From contig JASLXV010000095.1 of assembly GCA_030740155.1 (NCBI GenBank), positions 1-63,160 on the forward strand: 63,160 nucleotides of DNA, given 5' to 3'. Position numbers and translations under genes: made by a program. This stretch comes from Dehalococcoidia bacterium. GTDB lineage: Bacteria; Chloroflexota; Dehalococcoidia; Lucifugimonadales; UBA3495. Positions 30,654 to 41,975 of this stretch are shown here, piece after piece (position 1 is the first letter of the stretch; every line of letters begins with the position of its first letter). The notes beneath the pieces are model-generated. The model saw only the letters and a list, made by a program, of their open reading frames with translations, had not been told where the DNA came from and did not search any database.

Positions 30654-31036
30654 AGAGGCTTCTCTCCGGACTCAGATTGGATACGACTGGGGATACGGCT
30701 GGGTCGGAGTCTAGCAGCGGCCTCTGACCGCGTCAAACAGCCGGCGAGACCCCGGCCCATGCCCGTTCTCGCCGGTGAACAGGCGGCAAAGGGCTCCGGA
30801 GGGAGCTTCACCTTCTCTCGAAACCTTCATGGCGCTGGTGGGCATTGATGCCTCCTCGGGTCGATGTCCCCCCTTGTCCCATCTTCTCCGACGCCCTATA
30901 TTTGGTGGGCGGCCGTTCCACTCGAGTGGGATTTCACCTGCACTGACTGGGAGAGGCGCCATCCGTGGTGCAGCCCTATTCCCGTCGCCATCCGGTGGGA
31001 CCCCTCATGGCTGACTATGTTTGGGAGCGTGCGAGT

Positions 31037-32008
31037 ATGAGTGCCAACGAGCGAGTAACGTTTGTCGTTCCGGCGGACCAGCCGATTCGGATCGAGGGTT
31101 GTCCGCAGCTAGAGCGGCTAAAGCCCTATGGTGACCTGGTCCTCTACTCGGGCCGCCCGGCAACCCCGGAGGAGAAGATGGAGAGGGTCCGGGATGCCGA
31201 CATCATCCTGAACACCAAAGCACTGATTTCCTGGCCTGGCGATGACCTCAGGGCGTTGCCCAAGCTTCGCATGATAACAACTTGTTCAATCGGGACCGAT
31301 AACATCGATCTGGCGACGGCATCCAAGATGGGCATCGTCGTGAGCAACCAGCCCAGCGCCACGGCGGACCACGTGGCGGAGCACATTCTCGGAATGATGC
31401 TGGCCGCTTCCAAAAGGTTCCCCTTTCAGACGGCGGAACTCAGGGCGGGCCGCTGGACCCGAGTGGATAACATCTTCCTGCGGGGGAAGACGCTGGGCGT
31501 CATCGGCACCGGCAACATCGGGAGCCGGGTCGCGCGCCTGGCCAGCGCCATAGGAATGAAGGTCATTGCGTGGACCCACCATCCGTCAGACGAGCGCGCC
31601 GCCCGGTTGGGAGTCCGCTTCGTGGAGCTGGACGACCTGCTGCGGCAGTCCGACGTGGTTAGCCTGAACGTCAGGCTCAGCGACGAGACCAAGGGCATGC
31701 TGGGGGAGAAGGAGTTGGCCATGATGAAACAGGGTTCCCTCCTGGTCAACGGCGGCCGGGCCGGCCTGGTGGACACATTGGCCCTCGTCGATGCCCTGAA
31801 CTCGGGCCACCTGGCCGGCGCGGCCATCGACGTTTTCGACCAGGAGCCCCTGCCCCCGGACAACCCTATTCTCTCCTGCGAGCAGGTGGTCCTGTCACCT
31901 CATAGCGGGGACAACACCCCCGAGGGGATCGAGGCCCTGCATGAGGGTGCGGTGGACAACGTGATCGCCTACCTGGAAGGCCGCCCCCAAAACGTCGTTA
32001 CCTGGTAG
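31037..32008 (+). CDS. D-isomer-specific 2-hydroxyacid dehydrogenase family protein
   Basis: GTDNID, GKTLGVIGTGNIG, DVFDQEP, SPH. Confidence 0.9.
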   Translation: MSANERVTFVVPADQPIRIEGCPQLERLKPYGDLVLYSGRPATPEEKMERVRDADIILNTKALISWPGDDLRALPKLRMITTCSIGTDNIDLATASKMGIVVSNQPSATADHVAEHILGMMLAASKRFPFQTAELRAGRWTRVDNIFLRGKTLGVIGTGNIGSRVARLASAIGMKVIAWTHHPSDERAARLGVRFVELDDLLRQSDVVSLNVRLSDETKGMLGEKELAMMKQGSLLVNGGRAGLVDTLALVDALNSGHLAGAAIDVFDQEPLPPDNPILSCEQVVLSPHSGDNTPEGIEALHEGAVDNVIAYLEGRPQNVVTW

Positions 32009-32211
32009 CGATCGATCGGCCCGGGCCCGGGGCCACCCCTACCGCCGAGGCTTGGAAACCCGCGGGCATCGCGTGCGTGGACAAGGTACCTCTCAGTCCC
32101 CCTTTGTAAAGGGGGATACAGGGGGATTTCTTTCATCATTCAGGCCTTCATTCAAGTTCGGCGGTCCCTCCAAGCGGTTACCACCCTGCCGCCGGTGTAG
32201 TACACTGGCCC

Positions 32212-32433
32212 TTGGCCGCCTGGACGGCGAATCACGTTGGGGAGAGCAACAAAGTGGAGTTACGTTTCCAGATCGCGGGATGGATCATTTTTCTGGTGTG
32301 CAGCGGGCTTTTTATCATAAACAGCATACGCGCCGGTGATATGCTGGGGCTCGCCGCAAGCCTGGTCTTCTTGCTTGGGTGCCTGGTGTTCTTGGCCCCG
32401 TACGTGCTGGACCGGGGGGAAGAGCGCGGTTGA
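32212..32433 (+). CDS. Small two-helix membrane protein (start uncertain)
   Basis: Two hydrophobic segments: FQIAGWIIFLVCSGLF and LAASLVFLLGCLVFLAP. Confidence 0.6.
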   Translation: MAAWTANHVGESNKVELRFQIAGWIIFLVCSGLFIINSIRAGDMLGLAASLVFLLGCLVFLAPYVLDRGEERG

Positions 32434-32561
32434 CCGTCGCGCGCCGGGCAAGGGACTGATTCAAGGCGTTGACCGGACCGTGAATAAAGCTGATACTGAG
32501 GTTCCAATGCTTGGCCGCCGCATGTTCAGCGCAGCCCACTCCATCACCGAGGTATGAAGCT

Positions 32562-33320
32562 ATGCCGCCGGAGGTCCGCGTTATCGGCGTCGAAGGGATG
32601 CCAGAGATCCAGCCGGGGGACGATCTGGGCAGTCTGATGATGGATGCCGCCCAGCGGCAGGGGACCCCCATCGAGTCCGGGGACGTGGTCGTCGTCACCC
32701 AGAAAATCGTGTCCAAGGCCGAGGGCCGGGTGATGAGCGTTGAGGGCGTGGAGCCGTCCGCCCTGGCTCTGACCATCACCGAGGGCCATCGCCGCGACCC
32801 CCGTCACACCGAACTCATCCTGCGGGAGAGCCGGCGGATCGTCCGCATGGACCGGGGCGTGATAATCAGTGAGACGCACCACGGCTTCATCTGCGCCAAC
32901 GCCGGCATCGACGCGTCAAACATTCCCGGCTCCGACACCGTCTGCTTGCTGCCGGTGGAACCCGACGCCTCGGCTCGGGGCATACGTGATGCCATCAAGG
33001 CCCGGCTGGGGTTCGAGGTGGCGGTGGTCGTCTCCGACACCTTCGGCCGGCCCTGGCGCAACGGGGCGGCCAACGTGGCCATCGGCATCGCCGGCTTCGA
33101 CCCCATGCTCAGCTACGTGGGCCACGAGGACAGCCACGGGAACATGATGTACACCACGGTGATCGCGGTGGCCGATGAGCTGGCGGCGGCCGCGGAACTG
33201 GTCACGGGCAAGGTGGACGGGGTGCCGGTTTCCATCATCAAAGGCTACCGTTACGAGCCGATGGAAGACGCCAGCCTCGAAGCGTTGATCCGCCCGCCGG
33301 ACAAAGACCTGTTCCGGTAG
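32562..33320 (+). CDS. cofE: Coenzyme F420-0:L-glutamate ligase
   Basis: QKIVSKAEGR, CANAGIDASN, SDTFGRPWR, AVADELAAAA. Confidence 0.92.
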   Translation: MPPEVRVIGVEGMPEIQPGDDLGSLMMDAAQRQGTPIESGDVVVVTQKIVSKAEGRVMSVEGVEPSALALTITEGHRRDPRHTELILRESRRIVRMDRGVIISETHHGFICANAGIDASNIPGSDTVCLLPVEPDASARGIRDAIKARLGFEVAVVVSDTFGRPWRNGAANVAIGIAGFDPMLSYVGHEDSHGNMMYTTVIAVADELAAAAELVTGKVDGVPVSIIKGYRYEPMEDASLEALIRPPDKDLFR

Positions 33321-33341
33321 CTGGGCCACCTACCCTTCAGC

Positions 33342-34499
33342 TCATCCCGTCTCCCCATCGTTTTGCGCGGCCGTAGCCCCGAACAGCGGCAACAGAAGCT
33401 GGTACTCCTCCTGGAATGAGGCGACGCCCACCCCCAGCAGCCGGAAGGATCGGCCCGGCGCCAACTCCTGAGCCAAGAGCCGCCAGGAGGTATCGAGGAT
33501 CGTCTGCTCCGAGCCGGTGGGTGCCGGAAGGGTGACCTGGCGGGTAAAGGTGGTGAAATCGGCCAGCCGGGCCTTCATGGTCACCGTCCTGCCCTGCAGT
33601 CCCTTGCGTTCCAGGTGGCGGGACACGTTGGCGGCGAGGCCGGCCAATTCAGCGTGCAAGCGCTCCGGATGGCCGAGGTCGGCGGCGAAGGTGGTCTCGG
33701 CGCTCACCGATTTTGTCTCCCGTCCGGTATGCACCGGCTCCTGGTCCTCCCCCCGGGCCTTGGCCCGGACGCTGCAGGCCCTCGCTCCGAAGCAGCGGTT
33801 GAACCAGTCCATCGGCTGGTCCGCCAACTGGCCTATCGTGTCGACGCCCTCCTGGCGCAAGCGCTCCGCCGTCTTGGGGCCGATGCCCCATAGCTTGCCC
33901 ACACCCAAGGGCGCCAGAAATTCCGCCTCTTCCCCCGGCGGCACCACCACCAAGCCGTCCGGCTTGTTCAGTTCGGAGGCGATCTTGGCCACGGACTTGT
34001 TGGTGCCCACGCCCACGGAGAGGGTCAGGCCCGTCACCTCGTTGACCCTTCGCTTCAAGTCCAGGGCCACCGCCAGGGGCGGCAGGCCACCCTCCACCTG
34101 GGAGGTAATGTCCAGGTACGCTTCGTCCAGGGACAGGGGCTCCACCAGGCCGGTCACCTCCTGGAAAAGCTCCATTACCATGCCGGACATCTCCTTGTAG
34201 CGGCTGAACCGGGGCCGGACGATGATTCCCTGAGGGCAGCGGCGCACCGCCGACCGCATCGGCATGGCCGAGTGGACCCCGAAAACCCGGGCTTCGTATG
34301 AGGCTGCCGCCACCACACCCCGGCCCTCCGGGCTTCCGCCGACCATCACCGGCTTACCCCGCAGGTCCGGGTTGTCCAACTGTTCCACCGAGGCGTAGAA
34401 GGCGTCGAGGTCGGCGTGGATTATGTGGCGCAGCGGGCGGTCCGCCGGTTCCCGAGCCGGTTTACGAGCCGGTTTACGAGATTGAGGGACGTCGTTCAT
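33342..34499 (-). CDS. dinB: DNA polymerase IV
   Basis: HADLDAFYASVEQ, SYEAR, SLDEAYLD, KPDG, RLLGVG; N-terminus encoded by 12-bp tandem repeats (RKPA). Confidence 0.94.
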   Translation of the reverse strand: MNDVPQSRKPARKPAREPADRPLRHIIHADLDAFYASVEQLDNPDLRGKPVMVGGSPEGRGVVAAASYEARVFGVHSAMPMRSAVRRCPQGIIVRPRFSRYKEMSGMVMELFQEVTGLVEPLSLDEAYLDITSQVEGGLPPLAVALDLKRRVNEVTGLTLSVGVGTNKSVAKIASELNKPDGLVVVPPGEEAEFLAPLGVGKLWGIGPKTAERLRQEGVDTIGQLADQPMDWFNRCFGARACSVRAKARGEDQEPVHTGRETKSVSAETTFAADLGHPERLHAELAGLAANVSRHLERKGLQGRTVTMKARLADFTTFTRQVTLPAPTGSEQTILDTSWRLLAQELAPGRSFRLLGVGVASFQEEYQLLLPLFGATAAQNDGETG

Positions 34500-34699
34500 G
34501 GCGCGGTCGTCTACCTTCCCCGGACTCCCTGGTGAGTGTATTCTACAGCGCCGGACGGTCTGCGGTCAGCCGGGGCCTTTCAGTGGCCCGTCGCCGTGAG
34601 CCGCTACAACCTCCCATCTATCCCTCCCTTGGCGGGGAGGGAAGCCGGCGCCCTGAGAGCATTCGAATGATTGGCAACAACCTTGCTTCTCCGGAGTTC

Positions 34700-34766
34700 T
34701 TGACATTACGGTCGACGTGTAGTATAAAAAACAAACGTTCGTTTTAAGAAGGGAACGTTCGTTCTT
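34700..34766 (+). promoter_or_regulatory. Sigma70 promoter overlapped by two putative TetR operators
   Basis: TTGACA(34700)-N17-TATAAA(34723); palindrome AAAACAAACGTTCGTTTT (34728-34745) and a second AACGTTCGTT 20 bp downstream. Confidence 0.75.
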
Positions 34767-34782
34767 TTTAGCGAGGTGACTT

Positions 34783-35409
34783 ATGCCGAAGGTAACCGAA
34801 GCCCATCTGGAGGCACGACGGCAGCAGATACTGGAGGCCGCCTCAGCCTGTTTCTCCCGGCAGGGGTTCCACCAAACCACCATGCAGGACATCTGCCGGG
34901 AGGCGGACCTGAGCCCCGGCGCGGTCTACCGCTACTTCGCCAGCAAAGAGGAGATCATCGAGGCAAGCTGCGAAGACTGCCACCGGCAGAGCCTGGAGTT
35001 CCTCGAATCCGTCACGGGGCAGAGCGACGACACCCTGCAGGTCCTGGACCGGCTGACCGACCGCGGCTTCGAGCAGTTGAACGAACCCGAGGCCCAGGAG
35101 CACATACGCATGAACATTCAACTCTGGGCTGAGTCGCTGCGGAGCGCCGAGGTCATGGAGGTGTTGAGCCGCTCCGGCTTTGACACCTGGCGAAATGCCC
35201 TCTCGGCGATCATCCAGCGGGCCCAACAGCGGGGAGAGATCGACCCTTCGCTGGAGCCGGGATCGGCGGCCCAGGTGCTGCTATCATCCTGGCTTGGCCT
35301 GCTCCTCCAGAAGGCTTTCGATCCTCAGATGGATGTTTCAAAATACGCCGCCGTTTTGAAAGCTATGTACGGCGGCCGCTTCTGGTCGGGGCCGGGGGCC
35401 CAATCTTAG
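34783..35409 (+). CDS. TetR/AcrR family transcriptional regulator
   Basis: RRQQILEAA...GFHQTTMQDICREADLSPGAVYRYF. Confidence 0.94.
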   Translation: MPKVTEAHLEARRQQILEAASACFSRQGFHQTTMQDICREADLSPGAVYRYFASKEEIIEASCEDCHRQSLEFLESVTGQSDDTLQVLDRLTDRGFEQLNEPEAQEHIRMNIQLWAESLRSAEVMEVLSRSGFDTWRNALSAIIQRAQQRGEIDPSLEPGSAAQVLLSSWLGLLLQKAFDPQMDVSKYAAVLKAMYGGRFWSGPGAQS

Positions 35410-35539
35410 AAACCGGCCCGCCGGAGCTTCCCGGTCCCCCTTCGCGCCCCTCGGTTTAGAAGTATCGCCCGACGAGCCGGACCAGGAAGACGGGCCGTTA
35501 CCGGCTACGGCCCACCTTATCGAAATAAGGAGTGACACC

Positions 35540-37775
35540 ATGGCACTGGACCTCTCTACCCAAGGCTTCGCCCGCCGGAGCACCCGCAGGCCTTGGACCA
35601 CCATTCTGATTTGGGTGGGCGTGTTGGTGGCCGCCCTCGTCCTGAATGCCACTATCCTTGAAGATGGCCTGACCACGGAATTTGCTTTCATGAACAATCC
35701 CGACTCCAAGGTGGGTTTCGACCTGCTGGAGGAGCGGCTGCGGGGTGAGGCTGAGACCAACGAGATGGTCATATTTCGGTCGGAGTCCCTGACCGTCGAC
35801 GATCCGGCGTTCCGGGAAGCCGTGGAAGCCCTGATGGAGGACCTGGCGGCTCTGGTCCCCGATGTCATCAGGCCCGAGACAATGTACAGCTACTATCAAA
35901 CCGGCGCCGAGTCCCTGGTTTCCCAAGACCGGCACACGACCATTGTGCCCTTGACCATGGCTGGAGACTTCGACGACGCCGGCGACAATATCGAGCAGGT
36001 ATTGGAAGTGGCCAGGAAGCACCAGGATCAACGGGAAGTGAGGGTCCTGATGACCGGACAGGCCACCGTGGGCCAGGACTTCCGGGAAGTGGCCGACGAG
36101 GCCCTTCGGACTGGTGAGATGTTCGGCGTACCCATCGCCCTCGTCATTCTGGTGCTGGTCTTCGGGGCCGTGGCCACCGCCCTGGTGCCCCTGGTGCTGG
36201 CCGGAATCTCCATCATCGTCGCTCTCGGCGTGGCGGCCTTGCTCGGACAGGTTTTCCAGCTCTCCTTCTTTGTAACCAACATGATAACCATGATCGGGCT
36301 TGCCGTCGGCATCGACTACTCCCTGTTCGTGGTTGCCCGCTACCGGGAGGAGCGGACCAACGGCCGGGATAAGGCCGAGGCTATCGCCAGGGCCGGGGGC
36401 GACCGCTGGGCGGGCGGTGTTCTTCAGCGGCATGACGGTGGTCCTGGCCTTGCTTGGGCTGTTGCTGGCACCTTCCAACATCATGATCAGCCTGGGAGTC
36501 GGCGCTAGTTTCGTGGTGGTTGCTTTCGTTTTGGCCTCAATGACCCTGCTGCCCGCCATACTCAGCCTGGTGGGAGACCGGGTCAACATGCTGTCGATTC
36601 CGTGGTTCGGCAGGGCCCGGGCCGGGAGCGATGAGACTCGCCCCGGTGGATTCTGGGACCGCATCTCCAGGGGAGTCATGCGCCAGCCCGTGATTAGCCT
36701 GCTTTTGGCCGGCGGGCTCCTGGTAGCCGCCGCACTCTCCTTCTTCGATCTCAACACCGGGTTCGCCGGAGTTTCCGACATGCCCGACAGAATCCAATCC
36801 AAGGAAGGGTTTCTCATTCTGGACGCCGAATTCTTCGCCGGTGAGGTTACCCCGGCCGAGATCGTTATCGACGGCGAAATCGGCGCCGCTTCGGTACAGG
36901 CCGGGATTCAGGAATTGCAAGCTTTACTGGCCGGGGATGAGGGCTTCGGCGGCCCCCGCCCTCTGGAAGTCAATGACGCCGGGGACTTGGCGCTCTTATC
37001 CGTTCCCGTCGCCGGTGATGCCGTCGGCGCCGTTGCCCAAGACGCCATCAAACGGCTTCGCCGGGACTACGTGCCGGCCGCCTTCGCCGAGGTCCCGGCT
37101 AACGTCTACGTAACCGGCGAAACAGCGATGAACCTGGACTTCTTCGACATAGCCAAAGACTCGGCGCCGGTGGTTTTTGCCTTCGTTCTCGGGATCAGCT
37201 TTCTGCTGCTGACCCTCGTCTTTCGCTCCATCGTCGTCCCCCTAAAGGCCATTATGTTGAACCTCCTCTCGGTGACGGCAGCCTATGGCATCCTGGTCAT
37301 GGTATTCCAGAAGGGATGGCTCGTCGACGCCTTTGGCTTTCAGCAAGTGGACACGGTAGAGGCGTGGCTCCCCTTGTTTCTCTTCGCGGTGCTGTTCGGG
37401 CTGCCCATGGACTATCACGTCTTCCTGCTGAGCCGGATCCGCGAGCGTTATGACGCTACCCAGGACAATACCGGCTCGGTAGCTTTCGGTATCCGCACCA
37501 CCGGGAGGCTGATCACCGGCGCCGCGTTGATCATGGTCGCGGTCTTCCTGGCCTTCGCCTCCGGCGACCTGGTCATGTTGCAACAGATGGGGTTCGGCCT
37601 GGGCACGGCGATTCTTCTGGATGCGACCATCATCCGCGTCGTACTGGTTCCGGCGTCCATGCGGTTGTTGGGTAGCTGGAACTGGTATTTGCCCCGGTGG
37701 CTCGAATGGATGCCGGACCTGCGGGTGGAGCCCGCCGCGACGGTCGCCGCACCCGCCGCCGCCGATGACGACTGA
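35540..37775 (+). pseudogene. MMPL/RND transporter with +1 frameshift in the G5 run at 36395-36399
   Basis: GIDYSLF...EAIARAG in one frame continues as ATAGRAVFFSG in the next frame; removing one G restores a full-length MMPL similar in size to the downstream paralog. Confidence 0.85.
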
Positions 37776-37932
37776 TCTTCTCCCTCCCGTCTCTACGGGG
37801 ATGAGGGTGGCACAGGGAACGGAGAGGGAGAAGATCTGAGGGCTGTTATCTCCCGTTGAGCACTCCACCCGGAAGGCAAGTGTACCCCTGCCGCCGATGC
37901 ACCCCTGCGAAATGATGAAGGAGACCGAAAGG

Positions 37933-40170
37933 ATGGGTAAGAAACCGTCACTGCTGTTTGAGAGGTGGCCCCGCTTTGCCACCCGCCACCCCTGGCGGGT
38001 ATTTCTGGGCGGGCTTGGTGTGATCATCATCCTCGTCGTGATTGCGAGGTCGATGGGGGGAGAACTTGTCGATAGCTTTTCCATTCCCGGGACTGAATCC
38101 CAGGAGGTTATAGACCTGCTGGAGGAGCGCTTCCCGCGTCAGTCCGGGGGCTCCGCCACAGTGGTGGTCTACGCTCCCGATGGGCTGGAAACTCCCGAGA
38201 CGCGCCAGCGGGTCGAAGCGCTTACCGCGGACTTGAGGGACCTCCCAGAAGTCGTGGAGGTTGCCGACCCCTACGATCAGCGGGGATCCATGTCGGATGA
38301 TCGCACCATCGCGCGGATCTCAACCCAGTACGCGCGCCAGAGCTTTGAGATCGACAGCAATAGCCTGGACGCCCTGGTGGACCTTCGGGAGGAATCCGAC
38401 GCCGACGGCTTCCAGGTTGAGCTGGGAGGGCCGGTGGCGAGCGCGATCGAGCAAGAGCCGCCGGGCACCTCCGAGATCATAGGCGTTATCGCGGCCGCCA
38501 TCATTCTCCTCATCGCTTTCGGGTCCGTGGTGGCCATGGGGCTGCCCATCCTGACCGCTCTGATGGGGCTCGTTCCAGGATTCATGCTGGCCACGATTCT
38601 GGCCGCGTTCGTGGACATGCCTTCATTCACTACCCAGTTCAGCGCCATGATCGGCATCGGTGTTGGGATCGACTATTCACTTCTGATCGTTAACCGGTTC
38701 CGGGAGTCCATTCACAACGGCAAGAGTGTGGAGGACTCGGTGGTGATGGCCTCGGCGACCGCCGGCCGGTCCGTGCTTTTCGCGGGCTCGGTGGTTATCA
38801 TCGCGCTCATGGGGCTTTGGGCCGTGGGCATCCCCTTCGTGGCCTTTCTTGGGACGGCGGCGGCTCTTCTGGTGGGCTGCACGGCCCTGATCGCCGTGTT
38901 TCTCCTGCCTGCCATGCTGATGCTGGTGGGACGCGGCATGGACCGGTGGACCCTGCCGGGGCTGTCCACCCGGAACACCGTCCGCGAGGACAGCTTGACC
39001 ATGCGCTGGGCCCGCAGCATTCAGCGCCGGCCCGCTATATTCCTCGTGGCCGGCCTCGCGGTCGCGGCACTGATCGCCTCTCCCTCCCTCGGCATGCGTC
39101 TTGGCTCCTCCGACGCCGGCAACAACCCCGAGTCCTCGACGACCCGCCGCGCCTATGACCTGCTGGCCCAGGGCTTCGGCCTTGGCTTCAACGGCCAGGT
39201 GCTGGTGGCCGTGGCCATCGACACTCCCGAAGCCGTACCGGCAGTTGAGGATTTGCCATCCATTATCCGGAAGGTGGACGGTGTATCCACCGTCTCGCCC
39301 GTGATATTCAACCGGGACTCCACAGCGGCAATTGTCAGCGTTTTCCCGGAGTTCGCGCCCCAGGACCCGGAGACTGACGCCCTCGTCGAGGAACTGCGGG
39401 CCGTACTGCCCGAGGAACTCAGGGGCAGCGGAGCGACGCCGTTGGTCGGGGGCCAGACCGCGGCATTCATCGACATCGCCGACAAGATATCCCAGAGCCT
39501 GCCGCTCTTCCTCTTCCTGGTCGTTGGTCTGAGCATGGTCCTCCTTGCCATGGTCTTCCGCTCCATCCTGATCCCCATCAAGGCCGCTCTCATGACTCTG
39601 GTATCGTTGGGCGTGGCTTTCGGAGTAATCGTCGCCGTGTTCCAGTGGGGCTGGCTGTCGGGCGTGCTGGGAACCGGGGGCGAAGGGCCGGTGGAGTCCT
39701 TCCTGCCCATGATGCTGTTCGCCATTCTCTTCGGTCTGTCGACAGACTACGAAGTGTTTCTGATAACCCGCATCCATGAGGAACACCAGCGGACCCGGCG
39801 CAACGGCGAGGCGGTGGCGAGGGGGCAAGGTGTGACCATGCGGGTGATCCTGGCAGCGGCCGCCATTATGGGCGCGGTGTTCCTCAGCTTCGTGCTGGGA
39901 GACCAGCGGGTCATCAAGGAGTTCGGCCTTGGCCTGGGGATCGCCATCCTGGCCGACGCCCTGCTGGTCCGGATGGTGCTGGTACCGTCCATCATGCATC
40001 TATTTGGCGATTGGAACTGGTGGTTCCCCGCCTGGCTGGACCGGCTGCTGCCCAGGTTCCACGTGGAGCCCGAGCCCGAAGAGCTGCTTGCACCCGCGGG
40101 CTACGGAGCCATCGCCGGCGGGGCTCTTGGTTCGGAACCGGCCGCCGCCGACGAGGGAGACGGCGCCTGA
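37933..40170 (+). CDS. MMPL/RND family transporter
   Basis: GVGIDYSLL, TAGRSVLFAG, FGLSTDYEVFL, NWWFPAWLD. Confidence 0.92.
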   Translation: MGKKPSLLFERWPRFATRHPWRVFLGGLGVIIILVVIARSMGGELVDSFSIPGTESQEVIDLLEERFPRQSGGSATVVVYAPDGLETPETRQRVEALTADLRDLPEVVEVADPYDQRGSMSDDRTIARISTQYARQSFEIDSNSLDALVDLREESDADGFQVELGGPVASAIEQEPPGTSEIIGVIAAAIILLIAFGSVVAMGLPILTALMGLVPGFMLATILAAFVDMPSFTTQFSAMIGIGVGIDYSLLIVNRFRESIHNGKSVEDSVVMASATAGRSVLFAGSVVIIALMGLWAVGIPFVAFLGTAAALLVGCTALIAVFLLPAMLMLVGRGMDRWTLPGLSTRNTVREDSLTMRWARSIQRRPAIFLVAGLAVAALIASPSLGMRLGSSDAGNNPESSTTRRAYDLLAQGFGLGFNGQVLVAVAIDTPEAVPAVEDLPSIIRKVDGVSTVSPVIFNRDSTAAIVSVFPEFAPQDPETDALVEELRAVLPEELRGSGATPLVGGQTAAFIDIADKISQSLPLFLFLVVGLSMVLLAMVFRSILIPIKAALMTLVSLGVAFGVIVAVFQWGWLSGVLGTGGEGPVESFLPMMLFAILFGLSTDYEVFLITRIHEEHQRTRRNGEAVARGQGVTMRVILAAAAIMGAVFLSFVLGDQRVIKEFGLGLGIAILADALLVRMVLVPSIMHLFGDWNWWFPAWLDRLLPRFHVEPEPEELLAPAGYGAIAGGALGSEPAAADEGDGA

Positions 40171-40389
40171 CCGGCAGCATGGCGGACCATCCGGAGCCGC
40201 CCGGTCCCCCCGATGGCGGAACCGCCGCGGAACCGCTAGAATATCCGGAACGGCACCCACGGGCCGCCGTTCCTTATGCGGGACCCATGGCGGTTTACCC
40301 GTTGCAGACGGTTTCCGCTCTGGTCCCAATTTCAAGGCGCCGCTCTTTGCCTTCATCGACATGAGGGCTGGGAGACATGAGGAGGCAGC

Positions 40390-41724
40390 ATGGCCACCAT
40401 ACTGGAAGAGTACATCGCCAAACATCCGGGCTCGGCTCAGCGCTACGCCGAAGCCGCCAAACTGTTTCCCGGCGGCGTGACCCACGATACCCGGTACGCC
40501 CAGCCTTTCCCCCTGTACATGACCCACGGGTCCGGACCCCGCAAGTGGGACGTGGACGGCAACGAATACGTCGACTATGTGTCGGGCCACGGTGCCCTGC
40601 TGCTGGGCCATTCCCACCCGGCCATCGCCGAGGCGGTATCCAAGCAGATCCTCCGGGGCACCCACCTGGGCGCGTCCACCGACGAGGAGATACGCTGGGC
40701 CCGGGCGATTCAGGCCTTGATGCCTTCGGTGGAGAAGCTGCGATTCCACTGCTCCGGCACCGAGGCAACGCTGATGGCCATGCGGCTGTCCCGGGCCTAC
40801 ACCGGCAAGAACAAGGTCATAAAATTCCAGGACCACTTTCACGGCTGGCACGACTACGCCATGGCTGGCTCCGACCGTTCGGCGCCGGGAATCCCCGCAG
40901 CCAGTTGGGGCAGTATGGTGGTGCTGCCCCCGGGAGACCTGGCGGCCGTAGAGGATGCCCTGAGCCATGACTCGGATATCGCCGCGCTGATTCTGGAGCC
41001 CACGGGAGCCCACTTCGGACAGTTGCCCTTCGATACCAGCAGCTATTTGAAAGGCCTGCGAGACTTGACCAGCCGGTACGAAGTAGTGCTCATCTTCGAC
41101 GAGGTGGTCACGGGCTTTCGAGCCTCCCCCGGTGGGGCTCAGGTTCTCTACGGGGTGAACCCGGACCTTACCACAATGGCCAAGATCGTCTCCGGTGGCC
41201 TGCCGGGAGGTGCGGTGGGCGGACGGGCGGAGATCATCGACATGATCGCTCATCGGGGCGACCCGGAGTGGGACAGCACGCGCCGCATCTCCCATCCGGG
41301 CACTTTCAATGGGAACCCCCTATCGGCGGTGGCCGGCGCTACCTGCCTGGAGATGATTGCCAGCCAGCCCATCAACCGGCGGGCCGACGCCATGGCCTCC
41401 CGATTGAAGGCGGGCCTCAACGAGATATTCGGCAAGCTGGAGGTTTCGGGTCATGCCCACGGCGTGGCGTCGATGATCCACGTGGTGTTGGCGGACTGCG
41501 ATTGCGACCGGGAAATCTGCGCCATGCCCCACGGGAAGATCAAGGAGGCCGTCGGCTCCCCGGCGATGACCGAGCTGAAGCGGGGGCTGCAGAACTCCGG
41601 AGTGGACATGATGGGCCGGGACTCCTTCCTGGTGTCGGCCACCCACACCGAGCAGGAGATAGACCATACGCTGGAAGCCTTCGAGGGCGTTCTCGCGGCG
41701 GTCCGGGCCGAGGGGCTGGTGTAG
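40390..41724 (+). CDS. Class-III PLP-dependent aminotransferase (GSA-aminomutase-like)
   Basis: WDVDGNEYVD, SGTEA, FHGWHD, FDEVVTGFR, AKIVSGGLP, GTFNGNP. Confidence 0.9.
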   Translation: MATILEEYIAKHPGSAQRYAEAAKLFPGGVTHDTRYAQPFPLYMTHGSGPRKWDVDGNEYVDYVSGHGALLLGHSHPAIAEAVSKQILRGTHLGASTDEEIRWARAIQALMPSVEKLRFHCSGTEATLMAMRLSRAYTGKNKVIKFQDHFHGWHDYAMAGSDRSAPGIPAASWGSMVVLPPGDLAAVEDALSHDSDIAALILEPTGAHFGQLPFDTSSYLKGLRDLTSRYEVVLIFDEVVTGFRASPGGAQVLYGVNPDLTTMAKIVSGGLPGGAVGGRAEIIDMIAHRGDPEWDSTRRISHPGTFNGNPLSAVAGATCLEMIASQPINRRADAMASRLKAGLNEIFGKLEVSGHAHGVASMIHVVLADCDCDREICAMPHGKIKEAVGSPAMTELKRGLQNSGVDMMGRDSFLVSATHTEQEIDHTLEAFEGVLAAVRAEGLV

Positions 41725-41908
41725 CGGTCAGCGGTCAGCGGTCAACGGGAGCACCGGCTGCTTTTCTTGCCGAGGGTCCCTGTTTGGAGCGAAATCCCCC
41801 TGAGTCCCCCTTTACGAAAGGGGGATCAAAGAAAAGGAGGATCGCAGGTGTATTTTGTGGTGAATAGCGTCGTAGTGACGAAAGCGCGCAATATTATCTC
41901 TGCATAAT

Positions 41909-41975
41909 CGTCATTCCGGCGAAAACCGGAATCCAGAGACGTGCTACCTGAATCCCGGCCATCACTGAGATGACG
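41909..41975. repeat. CGTC-type REP-like dyad
   Basis: CGTCATTCCGGCGAAAACCGGAATCCA with a degenerate inverted partner ending ATGACG. Confidence 0.65.

Larger units (their letters stand above)
24923..41825. repeat. Dispersed REP-like family AAATCCCCC-N-TCCCCCTTT-N-AAAGGGGG (copies near 24923, 26887, 28579, 32089, 41792)
   Basis: Five intergenic copies share the CCCCTTT..AAAGGGG hairpin core; the span given covers first to last copy. Confidence 0.8.

Noticed and set aside
34728..34766. LexA/SOS box for the divergent dinB
   Set aside because: Spacing does not fit GAAC-N4-GTTC well, and the sites overlap the tetR promoter, so a TetR operator is the simpler explanation.
40390..41724. Assignment as hemL
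   Set aside because: Family motifs are present, but there is no tetrapyrrole gene context and several hemL-specific residues differ; left as a class-III aminotransferase.
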